From Eutreptiella sp. 'Long Island Sound 2002' (lineage: Eukaryota > Protista > Euglenida): a DNA stretch of 64,000 bases. Location of the stretch: contig OZ038378.1 of the NCBI GenBank assembly GCA_964036045.1, positions 196,354,001 to 196,418,000 of the forward strand, in the 5' to 3' direction. How positions within the stretch are numbered: the first letter of the stretch is position 1; the number at the start of each line of letters is the position of its first letter. The position numbers were made by a program, and so were the translations under genes. This document shows positions 25,401 through 39,142 of the stretch, piece after piece. The notes beneath the pieces were generated by a model, which worked only from the letters and a program-made list of their open reading frames with translations, searched no databases and was not told the DNA's origin.

Positions 25401-25885
25401 TCCTTGTTGCGCCCATTTTATTGGTGTACATGATGTTCCCCGCCCACTAGCTCGGTCCCAGTACTCAGTCTTGATTGGGGCTAAGACTAAAGTTAGGGTT
25501 GGGGTTGGGGTTAGGGTCATGGTTGGGGTTAAGGTGAGTGTCGGGATGAGAAGTAGACAAAAAAGTTTTCAGGCACTTTGGTGCCCGTGAACTGTTGGGC
25601 GCCTTCGACGCCCATGGACTCCTGAGGCCCGTACCTTCGGCAACTAGCTGTTGGCCAGAGGGCGCATGGGGGGGGGCGGGGGGGGGGCGTCCCAGGAGTG
25701 GTGGAGCTGCCCCCACCGGTGCACCAGTTGTGACGCTTCCACATTGGATACCAGTCGACAATCACCTGATATACGTTTCTAAATCCAATACGATTCTCAC
25801 ATGCCTCATGCTGGCACAGCTTGCACGACCGCTTGCAAATCCCCACAGTGACCTTCATGCATAGGCACACATACGACAAACGTAC

Positions 25886-26261
25886 CCCCCCCCCCTTGTC
25901 TAAGCTACGCCAAAGTACCAAATTAATACGGTCCCTACGCCTACTGTAGCTTGGACACGGGCGTAGCTTGCGCGCAACATATACAACTACCGACACACAC
26001 GTATTGCATGGTGAGCTAGTGCAAGAAGGGGGAATATAATGCACAAATACCCCCAAAATCAGAGTTATGTGGGTTCAAGTGGGCAAACACTCACAACAAA
26101 TGTGTACATGACCCTATGTACCCGGCAAATTCGTCAAACCCATGTCTTATGTGGTTCCACTAAATTTGGTACCGAATTAAAATTAGGTACCAAATTAATA
26201 TGGTCCCTACGCCTACTGTAGCTTGGACAAGGGCGTAGCTTAGACAAGGGGGGGGGGGGGG
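25886..26261. mobile_element. MITE with poly-C/G + TTGTCTAAGCTACGCC TIRs, flanked by a 97-bp direct duplication
   Basis: (C)nTTGTCTAAGCTACGCC ... GGCGTAGCTTAGACAA(G)n. Flanks 25789-25885 and 26262-26358 are near-identical (one mismatch seen). Confidence 0.8.
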
Positions 26262-29200
26262 TACGATTCTCACATGCCTCATGCTGGCACAGCTTGCACG
26301 ACCGCTTGCAAATCCCCACAGTGACCTTCATGCATAGGCACACGTACGACAAACGTACCTGGGAGGCATTCCCAGACCACACTCCCATACTCTACTTGCA
26401 ACCAACCCCTTACCCTCGTTGCCGACCCGTCTGCATATGCCACAACCCAGCCCTCCCTTTCGAGACCTCCGATTCACACAGAGTCACATCCCTGTGCTCA
26501 CCCCATTTGGCCTCTTCCTGCTCCAACTGATTCAATCCACTTTACCATGAACAATGGGCGGTGCAGCAGCTCGTATGCCAAAAATGGCCCATATGAATTT
26601 TTCCTGTTGTAAATTTTATTCATTTGTTCCCGCGGAAAAATCTGGGTTCGGGGGGATGGGGCGGGGTATTGCATTTCATACAGGTCAAGCCCATGATGCG
26701 GAAATCTTGCGGGCAACCATTCAAAAGAAGGGCAAAGACTGGTCGAAACACAACCCAGCAACCTTCCAATGAATTAAAGCAGAAAAACCTGATTGCCTTG
26801 GTCTATATAACACTCTCGAATGGTGCCCTTTATCCGCCTTTTATTGAGATAGGGAAACGGCCTACTGAAGCGGCACCTTACACGCCGCAAAGTCCATCAG
26901 AGTGCCTCAATCGCACCGCGCACACTGCGCGCACCGGGCGCTTTCGTACACTCGCCATTTACCAATGTACTACACCCCGATAACAGGCAGGGACGCGGTG
27001 GCCCACAATGTCCCCTGCAGCCCACAAAGGACCCACACACAATTAGCCCTGGGCTGCAACAAAGATGTTTCCATCCAATCAAAGGAATTGGCCACCCATT
27101 GCTGCTGTTCGCTGCCGTATGACCACTTTTTTGCAACATTCCTTGCTACCATCGTTTTACGCCTGTCCTGCCTAAACGCACCACGCGCGCGCGCCGCGGG
27201 TGAGGCACTCTCTATCACCTCCTGAAATCTCTTCTAAACCTCTGCTAACTGGTCCATATCACAAGATGTGTGGACGGCAGCTCGCTGCAACATAGCCCCT
27301 GCCAACCCTCGAGTGGCTCCTGCGTTGACCATAACTGCTCCAAAGTGAGATACCACCAGCTCTCAGAACGGCGCCTCATGCTTGGCCAACACGATTGTAA
27401 TGAGCATGCAAATAAGAGGGTCAAAGCAGCTGATTGGCAGGGCTGTGCGAAGAGGAGGGGACGTGGTGCGAATATGGGCAGAGAAAACCGCCAAGGCTCC
27501 AGCAAGTGCCGCCCCACAACTTGCATCCCCTGTCCCATTGGTACCCCTGCACGGTGTACTGGACACCTCAGTGCCATGACCGGTTGACTGTTCTCCCCTC
27601 CCGCCCCGTCTGCTCCTTTCTCAGCGGCTGGTCTTCAAGGTGGATGGTGGATGCAGTACCAGTGGAACCTACTGTGGCGCGAATGCTCGCTAATGGTTTT
27701 GCGTGCAACAGCTCACCCCACTCGGCCGGCACATGCCACGGTTTAGGGGAAGGTGTTCGATAAAGGCAGGTGAGGTGCCGCGCAATACTTGGGTGTCCAG
27801 TGCAGGTCGTTTGTGGGGACTGCTTTAATTGCTTGAGGTCATTGGTATGTGTCAGGGGTGGGCGAGGAAAAGCACAATCTTATAGGGCAGAGTGGACTGT
27901 TGATCTCATTACTCATCATTGCAACGTCACTGCCCCCCCCCCGAGGCGTCCACACCCTGGCCCATCCGGGCAGAGGCTGCACATGGAGCCCATGCAACGA
28001 CCATAGTCAAGGCAGGCGGGAGGGGGAAAGGCTTATGAGCTCTGTGGGATTTGGTGTTCGGTTAGGAGGTCGTGGAGGGGAGGCGGGGAGAAAACTGGGT
28101 TGAGGGGCGGGGGGCCCTTGGGTGCCCATTTTCCAAACCCCCCCTCAATGGGCTCCCGAGTCTGCCTCCCTATTATGCCTGGGGGGGGGGGGGGGGGGGG
28201 GCGTCTGAGAGGGCGCCCATGGGGGGGGGGGGGGTCGATGGTACCCGAACATACATCCCTCAAAATGATCCCCATAACGCACTGATCATTTTGAATATAC
28301 ACAAGTGGGGTAAACACGTTTTTCAAAAAAATATTTTTTCCACCCATCACCATCAACAAACAAAATTGGCTCTTGGACTTGGCAGTTCATTTTCTAAACC
28401 CCCGAACCATCCTGGGGCTCCCACATCCCCAGCCCCACCCATACCCACACCCACACCCACACCCACACCCACACCCACACCCACACACACACCCACACCC
28501 ACACACACACCCACACCCACACAGGCGTTGTCCCTGCCCCTCGCCCACTCGGGAGTCGTTGCCCTGCACCCGAACGGCCTGCGGGGCTTTGGGGGTGGGG
28601 GGCGTTCCCCTCGCCGCCCCTTGTCCCCCCTGCGGCCCTGCTGTGCCCTGCCCCTTCACGTACCACATCCCCAGCGGCAGGGCTGTCCTTACGAATAAGA
28701 ATACGAAAAAAATCGCCCGCCTCCGGAACGCTCGGACCTCCGCGGAGCGCCAGCCGACGAGTCACTGCAGCCATGCACTGGCCAATGGGTGTCGGTTGGC
28801 CATCGGCCGCCGTCGGTTGAGCGCCAACCGCCGTCGGTTGGCCTGAACCGAATCCCACCACCAACAACCTCCGGCCAACGTCAGTGGCAAAAAAGAAAAA
28901 GGAAACGAACCCGTTCTTAACGGACGGAAGGGGAACGGGGGGGTCACCTGGTGGGGGGCGGGGGGTACCCGGTGGCGCAGCAGGGCCCCGTCGGGGGGCA
29001 CACCCTCCGTCTGCGTGCCACTTGAAGTCCCGGCCCCGATCCTCGTGATGGGCGGTCAGGCAGCGTGCGATTGCATTGTCCCAGTGCCGCGGATGACATC
29101 GGCGTCGCTTGTGTGGGTCCAGGGGCGTGTGTGCGACTGCCATGGAAGGGGAAAGGCACAGGCGAGATGGGGAGACCGGGCGACGACACGGCACCACGAC

Positions 29201-29718
29201 TGCAGGCATGCAAAGAGTCACGTGCCGACACATTGGTCACTCACACCATTGTTCAACCATTCATGACAACACAAGTGGCTGCCTCAGTTGGATTCGGCTG
29301 GACGGTCTGGTGTGGCTCTGAGCATTTTAGCGCCTGACTGTGGACATGTTTGGCGCTGCAGGAATCATGTGGAAGTGCAATGACTCCATATCGAAATGCT
29401 TGTTGTATGCCCTTGTGGTGTTGAATTGAAAAGGAAGCACTCCGTTAGTGACATCCCTGGTTGGTGTAAAGACGCCGTGGGGACTCGTCAGGTAGAGGCG
29501 CGCAAAGTCGAAGATCATGGAATCGGAGCGGGAAGCAGAGGACACCGACACGGGCCGAGGTCACCGGCGCAGATTCACCAGCAGAGCCGCCAGCGATGAG
29601 GACCGCAAAGCGGGCGCGCCGGGGGATGGGGAACACGGAGCCTCTGCGCCCGGGGCCGTCCCTCGAGCACGCGCGACAACCCGCGGCGTTCGGCCCCCGC
29701 CGCACCGACCATCGCGAT

Positions 29719-30340
29719 TCACGCGTCGCTGCGGAGCCGCTTCACGCCCCCCGCCTCGTTCCCGACCTCCCCCGAGCGGCCGCGCTTCGCGGCCTGGCGC
29801 GTGATCCGGGACTGCGCGGGTCCGGGGCCGTCGGGCGCCGGGCCCTCCGGCGCCGGCTCGTCTCGCAGCCACTCGTGAGCCATCGCCTCCGCGATGGTGA
29901 GCCGCCTCTGGGGGTCGCACTGCAGCAGCCGGCGGACCAGGTCCTGCGCCGCCTCCGACACCGCGGCCCAGGCGGGCCCCACCATCCGCAGCGGGGCGGT
30001 GTAGTCCAGCCGCTTGCTGGGGCGGCCCGCCGCGTCCTTCCGCCGGGGGAACGGCGGCCGCCCGCACAGGAGGATGTAGAGGATGACGCCAAGGCTCCAG
30101 AGGTCCACCATCTTGGTATACCCCGCCTGGTCCGCGCGGTGCGCCTTCTCCAGCACCTCCGGGGCCACATACATGGGGGTCCCGCACATCGTGGCCATGA
30201 CCGACTGCGAGAACATCTTTGCCAGCCCGAAGTCCGAGAGGCGGATCGTGCGGATGTCGCCAGGCTCCGCCAAGAGGATGTTCTCGGGCTTCAGGTCCCG
30301 GTGGGCGATGCCCCGCGCGTGCAGGTACTGCACCGCCCGC
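29719..30340 (-). CDS. CHK2/Rad53/Dun1-like kinase, exon 2 (kinase C-lobe)
   Basis: Acceptor TTTTACGCATAG|G at 30341/30340 joins exon 1 in frame (IFRQLGRAVQYLH). Contains HRDLKPENILL, LSDFGLAK, TMCGTPMYVAPEVL and VDLWSLGVILYILLCGRPPF. Spliced CDS is 1527 nt (508 aa); the intron is 5814 nt, GT-AG. Confidence 0.92.
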
Positions 30341-31600
30341 CTATGCGTAAAACAAACACACAATATACACGCAACATACACACTTCAAGACACGGGTGTG
30401 CGCGTGGTACACAAGCAGCATACACACAGCATACACACCATATACATGAAACATGAACACATAACACACGCATCACACACACACAGTACAACGCAGCGTG
30501 CACACTGTATGTACACACCTCACTTAAGCAGTATATACATTGCGTATGTGCATTGTTCACGCAGTATGCCCACACTATACCCACACTATACAAGCCGCAT
30601 GCACACAGGAGGAGGAGGAGGAGGAGATGCGGTCCCCTGGTAGGGCACACCCGCTCGACATCCCCGTGGTGCCTGCCGGCCCTCACCGATCTGGACCGGC
30701 GATCGATGAGGGGAACCCTGACTGCGGGCCCAGTCCGGTGCAGCATCATGGTGGAGGCTCTCCTCTTCGTCTCCTCCCCATGGGCTCCTGACCCATGCAA
30801 CACTCCGGCTGTGTGTTGCGGGTACCACTCAGGTTCCCAGGAGGGGCTTGGGTGGAGCTGGCTTGATGCCCAGCTGGCCGCCAACCCCCCAAGGCGCATG
30901 GACGTGCGCCAGGGTGTGAGCCCTTAGCCCACCAGGTACTACCGAAGGGCGGTGTTTGGCCGGCGGGTCACGGGAGCCTGGTCCGACGCTCGGTCGCACC
31001 GCCTCCCACACATAGGCCCCGGGCATGTGGCCTCAGTGTCCATGTGCGGCCTTGGCATGCCAGTCGCTTCGCCCACTTCGGCCCACTTGGCACGCCCACC
31101 GAACGCCAGCGCCCACTTCGGCACCCACACTCGGTGGTACCTACACGTGGTTCCACCCACCGGTGGCTGACCCCTTCTGCTCTGGCAGGGGGAGCCTGGT
31201 CTCCTCTGCCCCGCCACCCCTGGTGGAGTCCAACCTGCCCCGCCACAGTCAGCCCCGCCCTGTGGCAGCCGGCAAGGGTGAGAGGGTCGCCTCTAGCCCC
31301 TTTGCGCCCATGCAGAGACCCCTGCTGGCCACACCTATCCCCGCCCGTCGGGTGACCAGGGGATGGGCCGCCTCGGTGCGGAGGTGCCACCCTTGGGCGG
31401 AAGGGGCCGGCCGCAGCGGGCCGGTCGTCGTGCCCCGGCCGCCATACCAATAAGCGGCGATCAGGGCGCAGACCATCCCCGCGGCATCGGGCAGCACCTG
31501 GGGCAGCGCCCCCCCCTCCCCGTCTGGGGAGCCCCCCCCAGCCCCCCCACCCTGCACCCTCCCCAGCTGCCATACCAACAGGCGGCCATCGGGGCACATA

Positions 31601-33546
31601 CAAGGGGGGGGGGGGACTTTGTGGCAGAAAATTTTCGTCATGGGATATTTCGAAGCGGATTTATTTCGCATGCAGTCCTGAATTTGCCGTGGGAAATTTC
31701 GCATCCACATGCTGTGAGCCAACCTTTGGTTGGTGGTGGTTGCTGTTATTTGCCGGTGTTTTGCAGTTGAGTCCTAGAGGGTTGTTGTTCCTTCCTGATG
31801 AGTTGCTGGTGAGTCGTGGAGGGTTGCTGTTCCTCAGACTAACTCCTGATTGCTGGTGGTTGCCGTCACTTCATGGTGGTGGCTGTTATTTCTTGGTGGT
31901 TGCTGGTGTTTTCTGATGCATTGCTGTCACCGTTCAATCCCTGCAAGGCACAATACTCTGCACTCTGATCATTGAACAAAGGCTGCAATAAACAGTTGAA
32001 GAACTATTTTAGATGGCTGCAATTGACAATTGCAATTGAGAAAAAACGAGCTGGGGTGCACAAAGAAAGTTCGAACACAGCACTCAAGCTATGCATTGAC
32101 AAGAGGCACAAAAGGACACTATTTGCGTGCCTCCTTTTTCTGCCGCTTCTTGTGCAAATCCATAAAGAGGAAATGTCCGCAAGCCTCTTGGATGGCTTCT
32201 TTGGAGGCACCACACCCACGGTGCTCCACTATCCTCAGTGCATGGCCATCCAATACTTTACATGCCAATACTTCTGCCTTCAAGACTTTGGGGCCACTTC
32301 AGCCATAGAAGCAAAACCTGCCCTCGCCAAAGGGGTTGCATACTGCTGGTAGCCAAGGGTTCGCAAAAAGGCCCAAACATTGGAACCCGCAACTGGGCAG
32401 GATTGTTTATTCTTTTTTGCAACAGGCTGGTGGTTACTGTCACTGTCACTGTCACTGTTACTGTCACTGTCACTGTCGCTGTCGCTCTTACCGTCACTAA
32501 TGTCACTCTCACTGTCAGTACCACTATCACCACTCTCAATGCAAGTGACTGCTTTCTGATTGCACCTGTGGAAGCAGAAACAGCAGGAGACGGTTCAGCA
32601 GAGGAAACAGAAACAGCAAGACATGAGCCATTGGATGGGATGGCCTGTTGGGCCGAAGAAGAGGCACTCTGGGCACTTCATTGGCAGATGGGCAACTTTT
32701 TTCCCCATACTTTACATACATAGTACGCATTTCTTGTAACCGGCTGCCAAATACAATTTTGAAGCCTCCCGCTGTTGATCATCATCCCAATCAGCCCATG
32801 CCTTTTTCGAATATGCAGCCCGGCTTTCAAGTGCTGGACCATTGCACGAATCTTCTTTCGGCATTCATCTGTTTTGGGCTGGGGCTTCAAAAAACGAAGC
32901 ATGGCGGAGAGAAAACTGCACAGTGTATGCAGAAAATGGACAACTGTGCAAAAACAGGAGATCAACGGCGAGAGGCTTCATACCCAGAGGTGCATGTGTT
33001 TTGCCGTAAACTGGGCCTGTGATTCTTAAGCAAAGGTACGATATGACTTGGAGGTCACCTGATGCTGACCGCGACCCGTCCACGTTTATGGACATTGTGG
33101 CTGCCAATGCATGGAGAAGCTAACTCAGTTCCGTCTATTACTCTCCCTCCCTGCAAAGGATGTAGCAAGCTACAGGCAAAGTTCGCAACGTGTGCATTGT
33201 GTACAGCGCTGAGAAACGTACGATCACAAGATCCCCCAACACAGATCCTGACGGCAACATTTTTCCGTTTCAGCTCTTGTGGAAGGGCACAACAGACTTA
33301 TGCCACCTGAAGATGAGTCATGCTATGGCGCTTCATATCAGCTCCCTCATTATACACGACCACGTGACCCACAGGCTCCACCGTGCCCCGTCTCCAAATG
33401 CTAAGGCAACTGTTGGACAAGATATTTTCCTAAATTTCGAAGCGGGTTTATTTCGCACAGCGGCCTGAAAATCGTGCGGGAAATTTCGCACAAATTTGAA
33501 ACGCAAATATCCCATGGCGAAAAATTCCCGCCGCGAAGTACCCCTG
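31601..33546 (+). mobile_element. Pogo/Tc1-mariner-type DNA transposon, degenerate, inside the kinase intron
   Basis: TA|CAAGGGG...CCCCTG|TA ends with imperfect ~45-bp TIRs (gggggactttgtggcagaaaattttcgtcatgggatattt vs reverse complement of aaatatcccatggcgaaaaattcccgccgcgaagtacccc). Internal pogo DDE_1-like remnant EKRTIT...DGNIFPFQLLWKGTTDLC at about 33210-33310. Confidence 0.75.
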
Positions 33547-35409
33547 TAGCATCCCCGCTGCCACAGGCTGCCACTGGGATAGCCCCCCCCCCCCCATATC
33601 GTGACTTGTGAGTTGTCACATGTGTGTTGGTTGAGACGAAGTCAGCACAACAGGCAGCACATGCAGATCACAAGAAGGAGAGAAAGGCTTGTCAAGAGCC
33701 GAACACGGCCCTAGGCACCTTTCGCAAAAGGTCTGTAGGAATAGTGTGAACGGTGACCCTTTGCGGGGGAGAAAGGGCAATATCAAAACATCTGCAGCAT
33801 ATCCCCCCCCCCATCTGGGGAGCCCCCCCCCCCCCCCCATTCACCTACCCCGGCCGTCATACCCACAAGCGGCCTTCCGGGCGTATCAGATCTGCCAGGC
33901 ACCTCGCTGCCCGACCAATGCCGGCCAGTGGCCACACTCCATGCCAGCCACCGACACCTTGGGTGCCGTACCAATAGACGGCTATCGGGGCATTCCCCAG
34001 GCTGCTACCCAAACCCCGGCCGCCATACCACCAAGCGGCTATCGGGGCGCCATTCCCCAGGTCCGAATAGGGGCCGCCTCGGTCTGCAGCCCCTGCCCTG
34101 AGTGTGGGGCGGAACCTCATCGGCATTAGGCAGCACTGCGTTGGGCACCAACCAGACCCGGAGGTTGAGGCAGCACCACCTGCAGCCGGTGGCAGCACTG
34201 TCTGTGCGCCTACTCTGCCACCAGCCATATGGCTGCACGGCACTCTGAAAGCCGCGGCCGCCCCACCATGGCCCCCTTCCCGGCCTCCTTACTAGCGAGG
34301 GGCTATCAGGGAGCCCACCATTTCAGGCAGCCATTGCCCCCACCCCCAGCCCGCACCAACCCCCTGGACCTTGACCCCCCCGAGCGTCCCTATCCCCTCA
34401 TGGCCAGTCCAAGACCGGTGGGACGCGGGTGTACCCGCCGCAGCGGGGGTTCACCTGCCCTTGAACCCGAGCGCCGTGCCCATGGGGGCAGGCACGGCGC
34501 GACGTAAAACCCCTGCCTCACTGGCTGCCCCCTCCCCCCATCCGGGGAGGGGGCCGCCCCGCCACTCACCTACCCCGGCCACCTTACCAGCAGGTGGCTA
34601 TCAGGGTGCCCCCCAGATTGGGTTGGGGGCTGCCCCACATCTCCCGCATCCTCACCTGGCCGCCATACTAATAGGCGGCCATCAAGTTCACACTCTGCCA
34701 CGCTTGGGCCCCCGGCCTTGGGCACAGGACCCCTGGACTGGGGCATCGCGCCCAGCAGCCAGTCCTAGGCCTCCGGATGCCCCCCCATCTGAGGCAGCTC
34801 TGCCTGCTGTGCAGAAATCAAGGCAGCCGGGGTACCGGCCGGCACACCCGGCGCAGGGGCACCGTTGCGGTGGTGCGTGGGCCCTTTTCCCGGCTGCAAA
34901 GTGGTATGTTGAATGGGGGGGGGGGGGGCACTCACAACCGCCCCAACCTGCGCCCAAAGCCGCCTCGTCTGTGAACCGCGGCCGCCATACCAACAGACGG
35001 CAATCAGGGTGCCCCCCAGGCTGACGGGGGGGGGGCTGCCCCACCGCCACTGGCCAACCCTACACCACAAGGACTCAGGCCTCCTTCGGCGCTGGGCTCC
35101 GGTGCGACCTGATCCTTGATGGGCCCCTCGGCGGCCCCATGCCATGTCCTCGGACCTATGAAGGTAATGAAGGTAAGGGACAAGGACACAAAGTCCTGGA
35201 GAGAACAGGGCTGCAGGTAGCCCGGCACCCACCCACAAGCCGCCACCCCCCGTTGGCCCCGCCCTGCCCCATCGTGGCTCCCCCGGGGGTGGAGTACATG
35301 ACCTCGCGGCAACGCCGGCCCCCAGGTTGCGTGTTAGCCCAGGCCCCATGCCTGGTTAACCCCCCCACGCCACGGTGAGGTCACAGGCCCCTGGGCGGCC
35401 ATGGGGGGC

Positions 35410-36154
35410 ACACAGCATGCTATGCACGCAGTATACACAGTGTATGCAGTATGTGCACAGCATACACACCGAATACACACAATATACACGGAGCATCTAC
35501 ACAGCATACATGCAGTACACACATAGGAAACACACAATATGCACACAATTTGCATGCAGCATAAGTAATGTACTCCAAACTAGGTATGCATTCAGCGTAC
35601 ATGCAGTGCAAAAGCAATATACACCAAATGTAGACACACTACACACAGCATACGTGCAGTATACGTGCCATGCACACTCAGTGTATACGCAATATACACA
35701 AAATGTTCGCGCAGCGTACGCACAGCAAAGCGGAAGAATACACACAATATAAACAAAGTATATGCACAAGAGACACAAAGCATACATGCAGTAATACACA
35801 CAGTCTTCATGTAGCATACACGCAGTATCCACGCGATATAAATGCAGTTTCCCCGCACAACACATGCAGCATTCCTGCAGTATACTGAGCAGACAAAGGA
35901 TACACACATCATACACACAGCATACATGCAGTATGTAGTATATAGTGCATGCAGTATGTGCACAGAATACACACCAAATACACACAACATACACACAGTC
36001 CACACACAGCATGCACGCAGTACACACATAAGATACACACAGTGTATATATACACAGTATACATGCAGTGCAAGTAATGTACTCCAAACTCAGTATGCAT
36101 TCAGCGTACATGCAGTGCAAAAGCAATATACACCACACACTACAAACAGCATAC
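35410..36154. repeat. Low-complexity (TACACACAGCA)-like tract at the kinase intron 5' end; matching tract at 30341-30608
   Basis: The same AC-rich degenerate minisatellite occurs at both intron ends. It accounts for the spurious Cys/Val-rich extension of the 547-aa ORF. Confidence 0.8.
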
Positions 36155-37059
36155 CCCAACTGCCGGAATATGGTCTTGGCCTCGGCCTCGGAGAAGTACT
36201 GCCGCTCGCGGATGAGATCGAACAGCTCGCCGCCCCGCGCCAGGTCCAGCACGAGGCTCAGGCTGTCTGGGGCGTCGAAGACGTCACGGACCCCGACGAT
36301 GCCCTCGTGGCTTAACTGCTTCAGGATGTCCACCTCGCGCCACATGTTCGCGGCGGAGGTGGCGGCGGCCTTCGGGGACGACAGGGTCTTCTTGGCGATG
36401 ATCTTGATGGCGACCTCCTCCCCCGTACGCTTGTCCACCGCGAGCTTGACCTCCGCGAAGGTGCCGGTCCCCAGTGTCCTCACGATGGTGTACTGTGCGG
36501 TGAGGTCTGTGCTCCGCCCCGTGGCCGCCTCCGCATGACCTGCAGCGCTGTGCCTTCGGCTCGGGGTCTCCCCGGGCTCTGAAGGCGCATCTACGCAATG
36601 GCTGCCGTGGCGCTGCTCGACCGCCGCGCTGGATCGCAGCCGGCGCCGGCCCTCATCTCCACTGCCACTGCCGCACCGTGTCCTCTGCGGGGTGCTCTTC
36701 TGCTGCTTGCACGGCCCTGAACTGCCGTCCAGGGGACCGCCGCTGTCCACGGCTTTGAATACGAAGGAGATTTCTGTGTTGGTGCTGAGCAACACGGTGA
36801 TCACATCGCCCGACTGCAAGGGCACGACTTTGCCCTTGCCCACCTTCTTCTTGTTCAAATAGGTCCCATTTGTGCTGGTGTCAGTGAGGGTGGAGCATCC
36901 CGCTGCAACGTCGCGCCCGACACAGCAGTGCTTATTGCTGACGCAACGGTCGTTCGGCAGCTTTGTGTGGCAGTGCTGACCTCTCCCAATTACGTGCTCG
37001 GCCGACACTAATTCCGCGCTCGGCACATCAAGGAATTTGGAGTGGAGCCGACCCCACAT
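36155..37059 (-). CDS. CHK2/Rad53/Dun1-like kinase, exon 1 (FHA domain and kinase N-lobe)
   Basis: FHA motifs (VIGRG...VSNKHC...LTDTSTNGTYLN...LQSGDVI), then kinase subdomains I-V (LGTGTFAEVKLA, VAIKII, REVDILKQLSHEGIV, LARGGELFD). Donor GG|GTATGC at 36155/36154. Start taken at MWGRL (37059); the in-frame ATG at 37140 is an alternative. Confidence 0.9.
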
Positions 37060-38769
37060 ATCATGAACGAAATTAAAGTGGACACTTGAACATTGCGTGA
37101 GGGAGATTGGGGTGATACAGAAAGTGTGGGTATGCCACAACGGCGATGAAAAATGAGGGAGGATCGCTCAAGGGACGACGTGGATTTGAGATACCGCTGC
37201 GCTAGCCGTGCATTAAGAGCCAGTCGCGCATTCTTTGGACGAGGGTGTTGTCCGTGCATCAGTGCCGATGGTCCACAATTTTTGCACAGTCAAATCCCAA
37301 ACTACAGCAGGATGCTGGAGAAAATAAATTTGATATAGCAAACCATGGACGCTCTCGAAGCTGTTCCAGCTCAGAGATGAGCGCAGGCAGCGTACGACTT
37401 CAGCCACACAGTGCAAATGTACTCCCTCTCACGGGGGCTTATGGGCTTATCCGACAGAGGCATATGCACTCATGTGAGCACCACACCTGATGGCTGTGCT
37501 TGAATTGAAAATCGGTAATGTCCTGGGTACCACACCCACAGTGTGCAGAGCATATGCCAGTAATTGCCTTGGGGACTACTGCCGCACCACCTTACTGGGT
37601 CCTCACTCGTGCAGGTTTGTTAACACATATTGTTGTGTTGTTCCTAAACTTCTTCTCCACCTGTCACCAATGTTCCTCCAGCAGGGCTGTGCCACCTGCA
37701 TGAGCACCACACACATAGCAGCGTCTTGATTGCTGCATGCTCCAATATATTGATGCTTCCCACAAAGGCCCAACACATTTTGTGTGATAGATCTTGCACC
37801 GCACATTGCGAATTGTGAACAGAAAAAAGGAAAGTCTGCTCCTTGGGTTTGAAAAATCTATTGCCTTCAGCAAGGCACCTCGAAGAGCGCCAAGAGAAGA
37901 GCCTAGTGGCCACCATGTGGGTCTCCATGGGTGCTCAAGTGCCCACATTGTCACCAAATGATCACCCAAGCCCATCTCAGGGGCGACAGAAGGGTTTCAG
38001 GAAAAGTCTCATTTTCGAAAAATTTCAGGTGCCACTCAAAGGCCTAAACAAGCTATTTACAGCTTGGTGAATGTGAAACAATCAGGTACCACTAGACAGC
38101 CCAAACAACAGCAATTTCGGGGCTTTTCGTGGGCCCATGACCCAGGCAACATGGGCCTAGCAGCAACTACGTGGGTCCCCATGGCATGGGTTAGGGGGTC
38201 CAGATGCAAGAAAAAGGTTGTTCAGGACCCAGGTCCAAATCCGTACAAGCTTTCTAATGTGACACCTTTTCGTATAGTGGAACGGGGTGCCCAAAGTTGG
38301 GAGTGGGAGCTCTGGCAAGAGAATGCCTGTTTACCTGGACGACGTAGTAATTGCGATAAATTCGTTGTTAAGGCTTGTTCAGCACGCACATGGACAGGAG
38401 CATGGGCATTGATGGTGGCATGTGCATCAAGAGGGCAATGCTCATGCACATGGCAATGGGCATGCACATGGACGGGGTGTGCACCTGAACGGGGGCCTGC
38501 ACATGGATTGGGTCAAGAGGCACCTGAATAGCAGGGGCATACACTGCACAAGGGCGTGCACCCGGATAGTGGCATGTGCATGAATAGGCATGCGTATGGT
38601 ACGGAACCCCAGGCACCTACACAACAAAAAGTGCATGGAAGGTGGACGAGAAGTTGATTCCCGGCAGTTTTGCTGCCCCGGTTGCCTGCTCTTGTGTTGT
38701 GTCACATCCACACTGTATGTGTGTGTGTGTGTGTGTGTACGTGCGTGTGTGTGTGTGTGTTTCTGTCCC

Positions 38770-39125
38770 GGGGAAGAACAATATTAAAGAGGGAGGCCCG
38801 CATGGGTCCAGGGCCCCCAGCGGTCGCCTAAGGCGCCAGCTTGAAAAGGACAAAAAACTACAGTCCTGGCGGGCTGTGGAATTGTTGGTGGTGCCTGCTC
38901 GGGTCGCGGTAGGGGGCCTCACCTGAGCCAGAACCTCTGGGATGTGGGGGTTATGTCACCTCGGTCCCTGCTCTTCCGTGCCTGGCAGCGCCCGGCGGCG
39001 TACAGCGCCTCCTCTTGGCAGGGGGGGGGGGGGGTTGCGTCCACCCTTCCTCGCTTGTGGGGCCGCACCCGGCCCGGTCCCGTGTCCAGTCCCTTGGGGG
39101 TGACGGTCCCGGGCCGACGGGGACC
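38770..39125 (-). mobile_element. Probable 3' end of the same LINE, separated from its body by the palindrome block
   Basis: GC-rich sequence of similar style to 42765-43200, ending beside a (CA)n-type tract at 38715-38760. Continuity with the LINE is inferred, not aligned. Confidence 0.35.
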
Positions 39126-39142
39126 ATGAAAACGGACAAAAA

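Noticed and set aside
29596-30456. Plus-strand 286-aa ORF
   Set aside because: Antisense shadow of kinase exon 2.
35497-36154. C-terminal ~220 aa of the 547-aa ORF as kinase sequence
   Set aside because: It is Cys/Val/Tyr-rich translation of an intronic minisatellite; the kinase continues in exon 2 at 30340 via a GT-AG intron.
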